Of a stretch of DNA of 64,000 nt, positions 1 to 12,300 are shown one piece after another. Each line of letters begins with the position of its first letter. The first letter of the stretch is position 1. The DNA is from Camelus dromedarius (Eukaryota): positions 101,186,001 to 101,250,000 of the forward strand of contig NC_087472.1 of the NCBI RefSeq assembly GCF_036321535.1. Direction: 5' to 3'. Below the pieces are notes generated by a model that was given only the letters and a program-made list of their open reading frames with translations, was not told the origin of the DNA and did not search any database. Made by a program: the position numbers and the translations under genes.

Positions 1-379
1 TGGTTTTCACTTTTCTTTATAGTTTATATCCACATCTGGTAAAGAAATATCTCTGCAGCATTCTACAACAGGGGCAATCTAACCACATTCACTCTTTTGT
101 AGGAGTAAAGCGTTTGCCACTCCTTCCTTCACTCTTAACTTATTTTGACTCACAATATGTTAAATTTGCAATGAATTTTTTTTTTACCATGATGAAGAAT
201 CTCATCCACTTTGAGACATAAAAATTGGTAATCTCAAATAATTAGTACAATTCATTTGGGAGATCGATGCGTGACAGGTACAAATCTCAGTACACCAAAA
301 ACAAGTGGACAAGAAATACTACTTTTATTTTTCTATTTTGATTATACAGCTTCCAGAGGATCTGGCAAGCCCCTCTGGC

Positions 380-1260
380 CCAATACCCCCTCCCCCGGGA
401 GTCACTGTGGGCGGGGCTACATTTTAGCTCCCTCGCCCAGGCGGGCTGGCAGGTCACTTCCGGCTTTGCAGGCGGGTGGGCCGGGGGCGACCCTCAGTCT
501 CGGTTAGGAATGAATTCCCCTGCCTGGGCCGGAGCAGGGGAGCCCTGCACGCGGTACTGCCTTCTCTCTGGAAGCTACCAGCCTCGCCCATGCCCCCTCA
601 GCTCCAGCGCTGCTGCCCGCGCAGCTTTCAGGGGTCCGCTCCTCTGAGGTGGGGCGAGAGGAGCTCTCGCCAGCTCCTTGCCTGGGTGGACAAAACAGGC
701 TTCCGGGCCGACAGAAATCCTCGTTTGAAGACCCCTACGAGTTCCCTGGTCAGAGTGCTGCGGCTAAGCGAAGCGGCTGTGGGGACTACCACCACTCGGG
801 CCCTGCAGGTAGGAACTCAGTCGGCCTAGGCCCCAGTGCTAGTTGTTGCAGCTCCTCGACCCGTTCTCAGTCAGATTCCCAGTGGGCAAGACTGCAGATT
901 TCCCCGCTGTCCCTGTGGGGCGAGACCAGAGTCGGGGCTCCTACAAAGTGACCCATGATGTTGGGGTATCTGGCTGCCCCACCCCCACCCCGACCACCAC
1001 CACCTGAGGAACCCGAGGTTCGTGGGAATCTCCGTGTGGCGCTGCGCTGGCCTAGGGGAGGGGCAGTGCAGTGTGTGTAGCCACCTCTCTTTCCTTTCTG
1101 TACAGTCTGTCTTGGTCTCTGTGGTGCAGGAGTGCTTCAGCCTCACCCCTGCCGTCTAGGCTTCTCTCAGTGTTGTCTTACTCTAGTGAGGGTGCGCAAC
1201 GTCGGCGTGACCTATGATGCCATCTTGATGGCGTCAGTCAGTTTTTGAGCTTCCATACGC
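380..1260. promoter_or_regulatory. CpG-island-like promoter / first-exon region of an unidentified transcription unit
   Basis: GC- and CpG-rich against an AT-rich, CpG-poor background; GC box TGGGCGGGGC 408-417, ETS site CACTTCCGG 455-463, YY1-like pair 1215-1236; candidate + strand donors CG|GTTAGG (502/503) and CAG|GTAGGA (808/809). Confidence 0.75.
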
Positions 1261-2349
1261 TGGGAGGAGAAACTTCGCTTTAGTCACTCCAGGCTTTTGA
1301 GTTTCCCAAAATTGCTAGGAGAGGACTGAGGACATGAAGGGTGATAGGTTTGGGAGAATACCAGTGGGCGGGTGTTTTCATCCTTTTCTTCAGAATTGCT
1401 CCCAAGTTTCAGAGGTCTTACACCGTGCCAAGACTGGGGAGAGGGTTTCCGAGTCAGGTTCTTGTCATTTTTCTTAGCCATCATCAGCTGAGGTATCTCT
1501 TTGTCCCTTCTAGCCTGTAGTCATTGGCCCAGAGCCGTTCAACTTTCTGTCCAATAGACCCGTTTGGATGGAGCAGCTCCTGTCTCTGCTCCTTCCAGGT
1601 CCCTCTGGAGCTCGTGGGGATTGTTTGCTGCCGCTTCATTTTTTTTTCAATCACTGGAAACAGGTATTATCCAGTTCTCCATATATTTCTGTTACCAAAC
1701 TAGGTCGTATGGACCCCGACTTGGGACCTAGCCCAGCGGAGGCCCCGTGCCTGGTGGAGAAGTTTCTTTTTTCGTTTGGCTTTGCTCAGCCAAAAGGAAA
1801 CCGAAACAGATCCAAGCCGCGCCAGCTTTATTCAATGGCCAGAGGATGGAGAAGCTGGAACTTAGTGCCTAAATCAACTTTTCACCCAGGGATGATTAAG
1901 GAAGATTTTACTGGTGAGGCTAACGAGGGGGAGGCATATGCATTGATTGTATGGTAATAGGTGGGGTTCTTCCTGGTACTGAGCTGCCACCTCTTTTTTG
2001 CCCTCTGGCATTTGAGTCCGAAGCAGGTCGAACCATGGTTGAGGACAGGCGGAGATCTCACTATTATAATGATGATAAAAGCTGCAGGGCGAACTTGGTC
2101 CCACTTTTGAAGCTGAACCAGCTTGCACCAATTTTCTTGTGGGTAGACGCTTGTTCCTCTGCTGTAACCACAGCTCGAGGTTATGGTTAGTTGTGGCTTT
2201 TGGCAAGTTTACCTGGAGGAAGGGACAGGGTTATGGTTTGGGGCAACCATCTTGGTAATGCTTCCATGTAGGACCAGCTACATAGTTTGCAGGGCCCAAT
2301 GCAAAATGATGAATTCAAGTTTGATACCTTTAAATAGCAAAACAAATAG

Positions 2350-2815
2350 ATTTTTTTTTTAACATTTTATTTTGGGATAATTTTGGACTTACAGAAGAGT
2401 TGCAAAAATAGTACAGAGAGTTTCTATACACTTTTCACCCAGCTTCCTCTAATGCTAACACCTTTCCTAAGTACGATACAATTATCAAAACTCAGAAATT
2501 AACATTGGTATAATACTGTTAACTCCAGACTTTATTTGTATTTCACCAGGTTGTCCGCTAACATTCTTTTTTGCTTCCAGGAGTCAATCCAAGGTCCTAT
2601 ATTGCATATAAGTCTCATGTCTCCTTATTCTCCTCCCATCTGTAGCAGTTCTCAGTCTTTCCTTGCTTTTCCTGACCTTGACACTTTTGAAGAGTACTGG
2701 TCAATCATTTTGTAGGATGTTCCTCAATTTGAGTTTGTCTGATGTGTTCTCGTGATTGGACTGAGGTTATGCATTCTTGGACATCATAGATAACATGCTC
2801 TTCTCAGTATCACAG
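2350..2815 (-). mobile_element. Old L1 (L1MC-type) 3' end fragment
   Basis: Poly(T) then TTTTATTTTGGGATAATT..ACTTACAGAAGAGTTGCAAAAATAGTACAGAGAG..CACCCAGCTTCC, typical antisense L1MC 3' UTR. Confidence 0.75.
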
Positions 2816-3103
2816 CCTTTTGAATTTTTCAATGAAACAGTTATAAGAAGTTGTAAGAAGATTCCCCAAATCATAGAGCTGCTAGTGCTGAAGCCAGGAC
2901 TAGATCTCAAGTCTCACTTTTATGGTAGGGTTGTTAGTACAAACCTGTAAATCCTTTCATATATTTTTCAGTACTACTGAATTATTCATCAGTTGCCTTT
3001 TAGGATTGTGACTGCTGGGTGCTTGTCTGGCCCCTGTGCAGTGAAATAGGGGAAAGGAGAGGCTGGGCGATCAAAGGACAGAAATCCTACAAGAAAGATA
3101 GTA

Positions 3104-3364
3104 CAGTTGACCCTTGAACAATGTGAGAGTTGGGGGCTCTGACCCTCTACAAAGTCAAAAATCCACAAATAATTTATAGTTGGCTCTCTCTGTATACCTG
3201 GTTGCTCTGTATATGCAGTTCCTTCGAATCCGAGATTCCACACCTGTGGATTCAACCAACCACAGATTGTGTAGTATTTACTGTAGTATTTACTATTGGA
3301 AAAAAAAAATCTACATATAAGTGGACCCACCCAGTTTAAACCTGTGTTGTTCAAGGGTCGATTG
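3104..3364 (-). mobile_element. Tigger2-derived MITE (MER8/MER28-like, Tc1/mariner)
   Basis: TIRs CAGTTGACCCTTGAACAA (3104) and TTGTTCAAGGGTCGATTG (ends 3364), flanked by TA duplications at 3102-3103 and 3365-3366. Confidence 0.9.
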
Positions 3365-3884
3365 TACTTTCAAATGTCGTGAAATTGAACACTTGCTCAG
3401 TGTCCCTGCCACTTCATGGACGGCAGTGGTGATGGTCATCACCTAGTGAGCCCCAACAATATGCCAGTTCTCAACTTAGCATCATCACCTCCCACTTCTA
3501 AAATCTCTGCCTTGCAGAAGAGAAGCTGAGAACCACATTTCCCAGAACCCTGTCTCCGTATGGTTCTGATATAGAGTTTGTTGATGAGGTGAACTTGCAT
3601 GAAATTTGAAAGTGGAAGAAAAGAAGCCATTTTTCTCAACAACTGGGACACATGGGCAGGCTGAGATTTACAGAAGCTTCCTGAAGAATTCGTGAGAATT
3701 ACAAACTTCTTGGGGTAGGGCGAGGAGATTTTCAGCGATTCTTTAGTAGCTTCTCAGTAATCTTTTGAGAATTTTCCACCTTGGTGTTTCAAGGTGAGGT
3801 CTCCACTGTCTGTTTCCTTGATCTTTGGTGGCACCTTCTTTGACCTCGTCTTTTCTACCTCTTTTAATAGTCCAGTAAACCACT

Positions 3885-3965
3885 AATTCCTGAGCTTCCT
3901 GAAGGCAAACATTGTGTCATCAGTGCCTAATACAGTGATCTCAGAGTAGTAGGTGCCCAGTAAAC
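3885..3965 (+). mobile_element. L2 3' end fragment
   Basis: GAGCTTCCTGAAGGCA..CAGTGCCTAATACAGTG..GTAGGTGCCCAGTAAA resembles the L2 tail. Confidence 0.55.
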
Positions 3966-4699
3966 AAAGACATTCCTCATTCACCTTGTCTCACCATGCC
4001 TGAAATTCTATCATTAGTTTGATTTCTTTGATTTGAGCCCAGTTTGACCTTTCCCCTTGTTACAAGTTCTGTGTATTCATCCTCATGAAGCTGAACTAGT
4101 TAAATCCATTCCTCAAAGTGATTTGGGGTGTGAGACCATGAGGACTTCTTAGTCTTGAGAGGGATTTCTACACGAAGATAAATGTGCAATAAAGGTTGCA
4201 GCATTCTCTGTAATAGAGTAAAAAATTAGAAACAATGTGTTAAAAATAATTTTTAAAAAGGTAAAATATGCCTCTCCTACAGCTATAAAAGGAACATGTT
4301 AGAGACTTTAACTCCTTACTAATTAGGGAACTGGTAAGATGTCACAACCATTTCAAAGGACAATCCAAAGAACAGAAACATTTATAGATTAGGAATATTC
4401 AAATTAAAGTGCATATGGAGGCAAAATTGGCTTCTCCCATAATTGGGGAGGGAAGTCAATGGAATCTCCACCAGGCAATTTATTTGCAAATCTATGGGTA
4501 ATTATTTTGCATTGCTGTCAGTTATATACAATTTACAGAATGGAAAATCAGAATCAGATAACCAAGAGCAGTGTGCTCTAAACAACGTGCAGTTTTCCAC
4601 TGAAACATAGAATTTTCCCTATGAGTGTAAATCTCCATTAATAGAGAACTGGTAACACAAATTAAAAACTGCTCTATAATGGGAAAATATGCATCCATT

Positions 4700-5930
4700 A
4701 AAAAGAATGTGGCAGATATTAAAGTGAAAAGCAAGTCCTAGATTGAAAATACTCACAATACACATGTCTGATAGAGGTCTTGTATCCATTATGTATTAAA
4801 AATTCTATAAATTGATAGCAAAAAGATGAACAATCCAATTTAAAAATGGGCAAAATTCTTGAATGGACACTTTATAAAAGAAGATACAGGAATGGCCAAT
4901 AAATACATGAAAAAGTGCTCAATATCATGGGTCATCAAGAAAATGCAAATTAAAATTGTATGGAGATACCGGCATACGCCCACCAGAATGGCTACTGTGT
5001 AGGGACTGACAATACAAAGTGCTGACAAGGATTGGAATAACTGGAACTCCATACACTGTTGGTAGGAGTATAAAATGGCATAGTCACTGTGGAAAAATGT
5101 TTGGTAGTCTCTTATAAAAGTAAACATACAGTACCTATGACCCACCAGTTATAAGCATATTCTCAAGAGGTGTGAACGCATATGTCCACAGACAGGTTTC
5201 TAAAAGAATGTTCATAGTAGGTTCATTCACAAGGGACCCAAGCTGGAAACAACCCTAATTGTAGTGGGAATACCACTCAGGAACAACAACAGAAAATCCC
5301 ACAGAAATACTAATACATGCAAAAACATGGATGAATCTCAAAAATACTGTGTTTCATGAAAGGATCCAAACACAGAAGAATAGCTACTATATGAGTCCGT
5401 GAATGTGAAGTTTAACAGGCAAAACTCATGCTTGGTGTTGGGAGTCTGAGTAGTGATTACCTCTGTGGAGAGTGGTACTGACTGGAAAGGGCATGAGAGA
5501 ATCCTTCTAGGGTGATGGAAATATTCTACATATTGATCTGATGGTGGTCACATGAGGATATACATATGTAAAAAGTCCTCAAGTTGTACTTAAGTTATGT
5601 GCATTTATTGTATATCAATTACACCTCAACAAAGTATTATTAAAAAAAGAGTGTAGTCAATCTAGATAAACTGATTTAAAATTGTGTCCTGACTCACAAA
5701 GACATCTTTTAAGTTCAGACAGCAAGTCAGAGAACAGTAAATGTAACACAATTCCATTTACATTATTAAAAACCATTTATGTGTGGTTATATGTAAGATG
5801 TGAATGCATCACAAAAGATGGAAGTTACTTGTCTGGGTATTAACTGGGTATTCTGGGCAGTGGATAACAATAGGTGTGGAGAGGCATTATTGTTTGAGTA
5901 ATTTACAATGTAAATGTATGCATAATTAAA
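4700..5930 (+). mobile_element. Old L1 (L1ME/L1MB-type) ORF2 3' end and 3' UTR
   Basis: AAAATGGGCAAAA..GAAATGCAAATTAAAA..AAGCTGGAAACAACC..ATGGATGAATCTCA; A tail near 5642-5650; more decayed L1-like sequence to ~5930. Confidence 0.8.
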
Positions 5931-6154
5931 ATAGGCTAATTTTAATTCAAGTTATATTCACAGAAAATGGAATACGTGATCTAAAAGAGAAGTGTGAAAA
6001 AATACAGTTATGCAGTTGGACCAGGCTGGCCCTGAGGTCTCAACTGGACATCTTTTGAGAAAAGGTTCCTCTGGTAAACAGTGTGATTTTAGTCAGTTCT
6101 ATATAAAGCCAGAGCTAAAGGTCTTCTGTGAATCCAGTCTAGTGCTAAAATACA

Positions 6155-6400
6155 GTTTGGGTCTTTCACACTGCAGGTCATTTCCTGTCAGTGGATGGTA
6201 AAATCAGTTTAATGAGTTGGAACTAGCATTTAAAGAAAATGAAATACAATAGAATAGAAAATATCAGAGGGCAGTATTATTTTGGAAAATTTTTTATTTG
6301 TCTCAGTTTTGTATCTATGCTGTATTTAGAAACTGGATTGCCATGTAAAATGCGTTTCTTAGATCACAATTCAAAACTATTTGAGAGCCACTGGCTCTAG
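6155..6400. mobile_element. hAT-Charlie-type MITE remnant
   Basis: Ends in TTTGAGAGCCACTG (Charlie-like TIR); internal GAAATACAATAGAATAGAAAATATCAGAG. Confidence 0.5.
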
Positions 6401-6847
6401 TAACTTTAACTCTGCTCTGTTTTGCTCACTTGAGAAGTGCAGGTGACTGGATTTCCCTTGGTCTGTAATTTGGAGAGATTTGGGGGACAGTCCATGGGAA
6501 TGGGAATGACTTTCCCTTTGGCTACAAGGAAAGCACTAGCCTCCCTTCGATCAGAGTTACAAGTGACTCCTTTAAGGGATGGCCTTTGGCATCCAGATCA
6601 GGCTTGGGAAGCAGGGGTTGGACCACAGTGGATTGAGTTAAGTGGAATGAACTTCCCTGCCCTTACATTCCACCCGTCATCTGACCCTTGTAATACTTGC
6701 TTTTTAATCCTTGAAATTCATGTTATTGTTTTTTTAAACAAAAGCTATTTCAAATGTCTGTTTAAAGGAAATACAAGCTGCCAGCCTTCAAGATGTAGGC
6801 AATAGTAGGTTTCTTTTCTTTTCCCATCTTAAGTATAGGAAGAGTGA

Positions 6848-6879
<32 letters not shown>

Positions 6880-6910
6880 GCAGAGACAGAGACAGAGAGA
6901 TGAGAGAGAA
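6848..6910. repeat. Compound (TG)n(GA)n microsatellite
   Basis: TG run directly followed by GA/GACA runs. Confidence 0.95.
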
Positions 6911-7739
6911 AGGAAGATATATGTGCATGCTCATGGTCCAATGTAATATCCTTGTCCCTAAATGGCCAGATAAAGGCCCTGCTTAACTGAAATATCTGAC
7001 TTGAATAGGACCATTCAAGTCCAGCCCAAGGAGGCTCTTGTACATTTGTATCACTAACATATTAATTTCCCAAGCATGTTGACACTTCAAGTCTTTAATG
7101 GCACCACTTAAGTGAGTTTCCAAGTCACTTTCTTAAAAGTGATGTTCCGGAAACAAAATGTACATTTTAGTGGATGTCGCTTTTTTCTATTAGCACTTGT
7201 ATTTTCAACTTAATTGGCTTACTTAAGTGATGAATGATGTCTATTTAAGGAAGATATAACACATTGATAGGTTTTTGCAGTGCCTGGCAATGCAGTAGCT
7301 TGTACTTATACTTACTTACTGGGTTCCAAGAGTAATTATTGTTTAAACACCCTTTTGATCTACCTAAGAATACAAATAAGAAAAGCTGTTACCAAATTTA
7401 TAAACTGTGAACTTAAGAGCAGAAGTGTTCATACAGACACACTTACCAGCTTGTCAGTTATTAAAGGATATTAACCAATTCATATGCCTTAGCGTGTATC
7501 TGTGTATGCAGGTAAGTATTCTAATGTGTGATGGGTGTGACACACAAGGTTGTAGAATACTTTCTGGGTATATGGGGGGGCAGAAGGAGTCAAGCTTTGT
7601 TAGTTAATCTTCCTATATTAAAGATGGATCTTTTTTGCCCAGATGGGCCTGTGCTGTCTAGAAAAGTGGTTTTCAAACTTCATCCTAAGAAATCCCAAGG
7701 GTTTCACAAATGCCTGATTAATCATTAAAAACAACATTA

Positions 7740-8020
7740 AAAAATTTAAGCCTGTGATTAATGGAATTGTTAATTTTCTTAGGTGTGATGATAGCATCAT
7801 GGTGGGGTAGACTGCATTTATTCTCGAGAGATGCATGCAGAAGTATTTAGAAGACAAGTGATAGGACGTCTTCAATCATTCTTTCAAATGGTATAGCAAA
7901 AAGAAAAGATAGGGAAAGATAAAGTATGCTAAAATGCTAAGAATTGTTGAATCTCAGTGGGAGTATATGAGTGTTTGTGGTAGGTATCAGTCCTGTTGGT
8001 GTGACAATTTTCAAAATAAA
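7740..8020 (+). mobile_element. Old L1 3' UTR fragment (L1MC-type)
   Basis: ATTGTTAATTTTCTTAGGTGTGATGATAGCAT..GCAGAAGTATTTAG..AAAATGCTAAGAATTGTTGAATCT. Confidence 0.6.
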
Positions 8021-8031
8021 AATTGGGGGAA

Positions 8032-8080
8032 ATATGTATATATATATATATATACGTATTTATAACATGTATACATATAT
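8032..8080. repeat. (TA)n-rich microsatellite
   Basis: ATATGTATATATATATATATACG..GTATACATATAT. Confidence 0.85.
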
Positions 8081-8159
8081 GTTGAGAAACATATGGAAAG
8101 AATTAAAATACAGCAAAATGAGAGTACTTCTTGGATCCAAGTGTAGGCTACATGGGTAT

Positions 8160-8580
8160 ATGTTATATCTTCAGCTGTCTGAGAGCCTGAGTCAGATGTG
8201 TACATGCAGAAGTTAATGGTGGAGTGCTCTTCTGGGGGAATGAAGGCAGCAGGATTCGGCAGGGGGAGGAGTTGAACTGTGATGCAGTCATAACAAAGCC
8301 CTCAGCCCAAATCTTGGGAGCTCTGCAGCTGGGGTCGTCCTTCTCAGTTGTCCTCCTTGAGGCAAGGGGGCCAGAGCTTTATGCCTCCTCACCCACCAGT
8401 TATTGGATGTGAGCTGCCTGGCGTCGGGGGTGTGATTTGGGTGAGGTGGCTCTCCTTGGCTGAGGGCAGGTCCCAAACAGAGCCTCAGCTGAGAGCTGTC
8501 AGCCTCAAACATAGCAGCTTGGGGATGGGAGTGTCTGTCTTGAAGGGGAGGTCTCCGTGGCTCACCACAGCATCCACTAA
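8160..8580. mobile_element. MaLR LTR (old MLT1-type)
   Basis: GAGCCTGAGTCAGA..GGGAATGAAGGCAGCAGGATT..GAACTGTGATGCAGTC..GAGGCAAGGGGGCCAGAGCTTTATG; similar elements at ~15025 and ~26275. Confidence 0.65.
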
Positions 8581-10459
8581 ACAGCTTTTCTTTATGGCAT
8601 GCTAATTTGTTTATTGGAGTCACATTTGTATAGATGTGTTATTATTTTGGAAGTTTACAGCTTTGTCATGTGTTTCTGTTTTGTTGTTGGTTTTTTTTTC
8701 CGGTAATTCAGGCCTATGGATTGCTACTTTTAAAACACCATCCCTATTCATGTGTGCTGCACTCAATTAAATGTTATCATCCCCAAATAAGAGAACTTGT
8801 AATAGCTCTCACTGTGTCAGTATCGTATTACGTACAGCTGTAGGTTTTAGGTTTTTTTCCCTTTTCCTTTTCTTTTTTTCCCTTTTTTTGGTAAGCCTGA
8901 GTGCTTCTTAGGACTTAGAACTTATAAAATACATTTAGACAAATAAAATAGCATTTTAAATTCTGCTTTATATATTGAAGACTCAAATAAGATTGATTTT
9001 GCATGAAAAGAAATTTGCCTCTTGAAAACCATTGGTCTGCATTTCCTCTCTAGTCTCTAGCCAAGGCGAGACAGTGCTGGACTTCCAAATATGGAATGTG
9101 AAGTTTGAAAACAATAAAAGATAAAAAGAAAAGGTTTGTGATGCTAGGCATCACTGACATCTGACCCTCTCCATCCTGATGTTAACTGAGCAAGAATGCT
9201 TTGCCTTTTCTGTCTGAACTAGCCATTTCTGGAACAAGGACAAGGAAGAAAAAGGGAAGCTCTTCTGTGGTTGTTATTTTAAGCACTTGTTTTCTCATTT
9301 TCTTGTTTCCCTCATTGCCACAGTTTTTAATATGAGCTTCATTTATTCAAACAAGGGGACAATATTATCCCACTGAAGAAGGAAAACAATAGTGCTAGAA
9401 GCAGAGGCCACGTGTTGCAAAGAACTCAAAGTCACTTTTCCTGAGTATAAAGTCTTATTTATCTTAGAATGGATTTGACCTTTTAAAACATGGATACAAA
9501 GCAAGAGGGGGAATGTAAATATGACTCCCAAATCTCTATAGAGCTATTTAAACTACAGAGTGGTGAAGCAAGATCTTAGATTCTTTCAGAAAATAAAAGA
9601 TCCTTTTCAACTTTTTTCCATTGTCCTGCTTGTCACTTCAAAGGAAGATTTGGCATGATCTTTAGAGACTTTCTCCTGGCCAAGGAAGGGTGTGAGGATG
9701 CTGGAAGGTGTAATTTGAACTGAGTAACCCATCTACAAATCTCCCAACTTCTCTTGCTTTTCCTCATAGGACCATTGTATGGAATGAGTGATGAATGGCT
9801 GCAAATCATCTCGAAAAGAATAAAGGGAATGAGAAATGTTCCTTATTAATTTCCTACAGAAGTGGCGCATGCTATAGAGTTGGGCAGTCTAGGTGGAGCC
9901 AGGTGAATCTCTGATCTTAAAGAGAGTGGCCATGTTTGCCCAGACAGGGTCTTTGCTTTCAGGGAAGGTCTCCAGAAAAAGACCAGTTGCCACTGAATGT
10001 AGCAGCAGTGTTGGGTGTTACAATTCCCACCTGGAATCAGGGCCATGTGAAATCCCACTGCAGTCTCAAGGTACCTTTGGAGAGTTGACCTGTGGAACTT
10101 TTTGAGCACACATAGGCAAATCATTTGTGATACCCATAATATGAAGAATTGTTGACCCTTCACTGGCCCCATGTCCTTGCTAAATTCCAACGTTAAATAT
10201 TCTACTCTTCTTTAGTAGTTTCTCCTTCTGCAGTAGCGTAGTGCAGCCCTTACTCTGTGTTGTTCTTTTGTAAATAAGGCCTTAGTACCCAGCTATGCAC
10301 ACTAGGGATGCTCACTAAATACCATGTTCATTGATTACATTTTACCGTGAATTCCTTACACTTCAGAAGATCAAAAACAAATGTTAATAACTCAGTTATC
10401 TCTGATGTTAAGCAATAAGTAGAAATTGTGTAAAACATGCTGCATTTTTTTCAGTGTGA

Positions 10460-10800
10460 AAGATTATCTTAGTTTGACTTTCTGTTAAAGTAGATCCAAG
10501 ACAAAGATTCAAGTGCAAATCATTTAATTGAGAGATGAAGGAAACACGAGTGTGGTGAGGAGATAAGATTAGGCATGGGAAGGAGCCAGTATAGGGTGCT
10601 ACTGGAACTTAAGCCTGCTGGGGATCTCTGGAAGCTGGTATAGGAAACGTGCTTCAGTGTTCTCCCGCCTGTGGGTGAGGAAACTGAAGCATTTCAGATA
10701 CCAAATCTTCTCAGTTCTGGGTTGAGGACTGTTCAGGAAGCCTTAACTTCCTGACATTTTCAGCCTGCTGCCCGGTGGCAAAAAAGGGCTTCATGCTGGT
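10460..10800. mobile_element. MaLR LTR fragment (old MLT1-type)
   Basis: AGACAAAGATTCAAGTGCAAATCATTTAATTGAGAGATG..GGGATCTCTGG..GGGTGAGGAAACTG. Confidence 0.55.
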
Positions 10801-11394
10801 GGGTTAGGAATATGGATGAGTCCTACAAAGATACTATTAGATATCCAGAATAATATTCTGATATTTTTCAACAAGATCTGGCACTTCTACCACGAAAGAA
10901 TTGTTTTTTTTTTCTGGTGATGGGCAAGAAGCTGGTTTCATTTATGTGAGTTTAATAACTAAGAATGATAATACTTTCTCAACCTCACAGTTTTATTGTG
11001 AGGATCAAGTGAATTAATATCTGTGAAAATACAACAGAAATGGAAGATGGCAGTTGAAATGATTTGATGGTTTGCAACCAGATAGAAAAATGAACCAAAG
11101 GGAAACAGTAAACTGGGAAATAAAACTATCACAGTTTTTTTTCTCATTTTATTGTGTTTTAAGTAGTTTTGCTTCTGAACCCTGAAATGTGGCGTTTCAA
11201 GTGATTTAGTTTATGTCATGTTTTCTGATTCATCAGAAAGCCTTCTTGTAATCTGATATGACATCAGTTTGGGGCATTTCGCCAGCTGCTCCTGACTTGC
11301 CACATGAAGGCTCAGATTGTCCCAGTCTCTGAACTAAAGAGAACCAACAGTATTAGCAGATCTCTCACCACCAGGAATGCCAGGTTAGGATTCT

Positions 11395-12300
11395 CTTTGT
11401 AGCCAATTTTTGTAAATGTTCCATATGATCTCAAGGTAAAGGTGTATTCTCTATTGATTGAGTGCAATATTCTGTGTATAACTATTAGATAAAGCTGTGT
11501 TTTTAGCATGGATTAAATCTTCACTATTTTTAATGTAATATACTTTTTCCCCAACCTTACTGATAACTTTTTGAGAAAAGTTAACTAAAAATCTCCTATG
11601 ATGGTAGATCTGTTATAAAAATGTTGTTTTGGGGGAGGGTGTAGCTCAGTGGTAGAGTGCATGCCTAGCATGCATGAGGTCCTGGGTTCAATTCCCAGTA
11701 CCTCTACTAAATAAGTAAATCTAATTACCTCCCTTCGTTAAAAAAAAATTAAACAAATTTCTTTTAAAAATGTTGTTTTATATATTTTGAAACTACATTG
11801 TTCAATGCAAACAGCCTCAAAATTGTTATAGCTTCTTGGTGGACTGTTCTTTTTATTATCTAGTGAAGTTCTGCTTTATTCTTATTGTCTTTCCTCTTTA
11901 AATTCTGTTTTGCTTGATACTAATTTTGCTAGGTAGATTTTTGTTGTTACTTGTCTAATATATCTTTTCCCATTCCTTTTATTTTACCTTATGTATGTCA
12001 TTGTGTTTGAGGTGTGCCTTTTGTGAATAGCCCATGTCTAGCTTTTGTTTTTCACCCACCAAATATAAGTAGAGTTATTTATCTATTAAAGATAGTGATT
12101 AAAAACATAGATTACTGCTATATTTGGGTTGAATTTTTGGTTTCTTGTTGTTCCTGTTCATTTTTTCACTTATATTTTCTTCTGGTTTGAAAGTTATCCA
12201 TTGTATTTCTTTCTTTATCATCCATTTTTTACTCTCATTTTCCATTGCCTTTTGATCTTTTATGTTGCTGATGAGATATTTTCTGCATGGTTAATTCTCT
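11395..12300 (-). mobile_element. Old L1 ORF2 5' (endonuclease-region) fragment, interrupted by a SINE
   Basis: AATTTTTGTAAATGTTCCATATG..GTGTATTCTCT; T-rich antisense L1 continues on both sides of 11631-11764. Confidence 0.65.
11631..11764 (+). mobile_element. tRNA-Ala-derived SINE (camelid vic-1 type)
   Basis: GGGGGAGGGTGTAGCTCAGTGGTAGAG..GGTTCAATTCCCAGTACCTC head with A box 11642-11652 and B box 11685-11695; A-rich tail; exact 15-bp TSD TAAAAATGTTGTTTT at 11616-11630 and 11765-11779. Confidence 0.92.

Noticed and set aside
256..1146. ORFs over the CpG island as protein-coding genes
   Set aside because: They begin at non-ATG codons, have Pro/Arg/Ser-rich composition expected from GC-rich DNA, and show no recognisable homology.
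11631..11705. tRNA-Ala gene
   Set aside because: The extended 5' G-rich leader, A-rich tail and 15-bp TSD show it is a SINE, not a tRNA gene.
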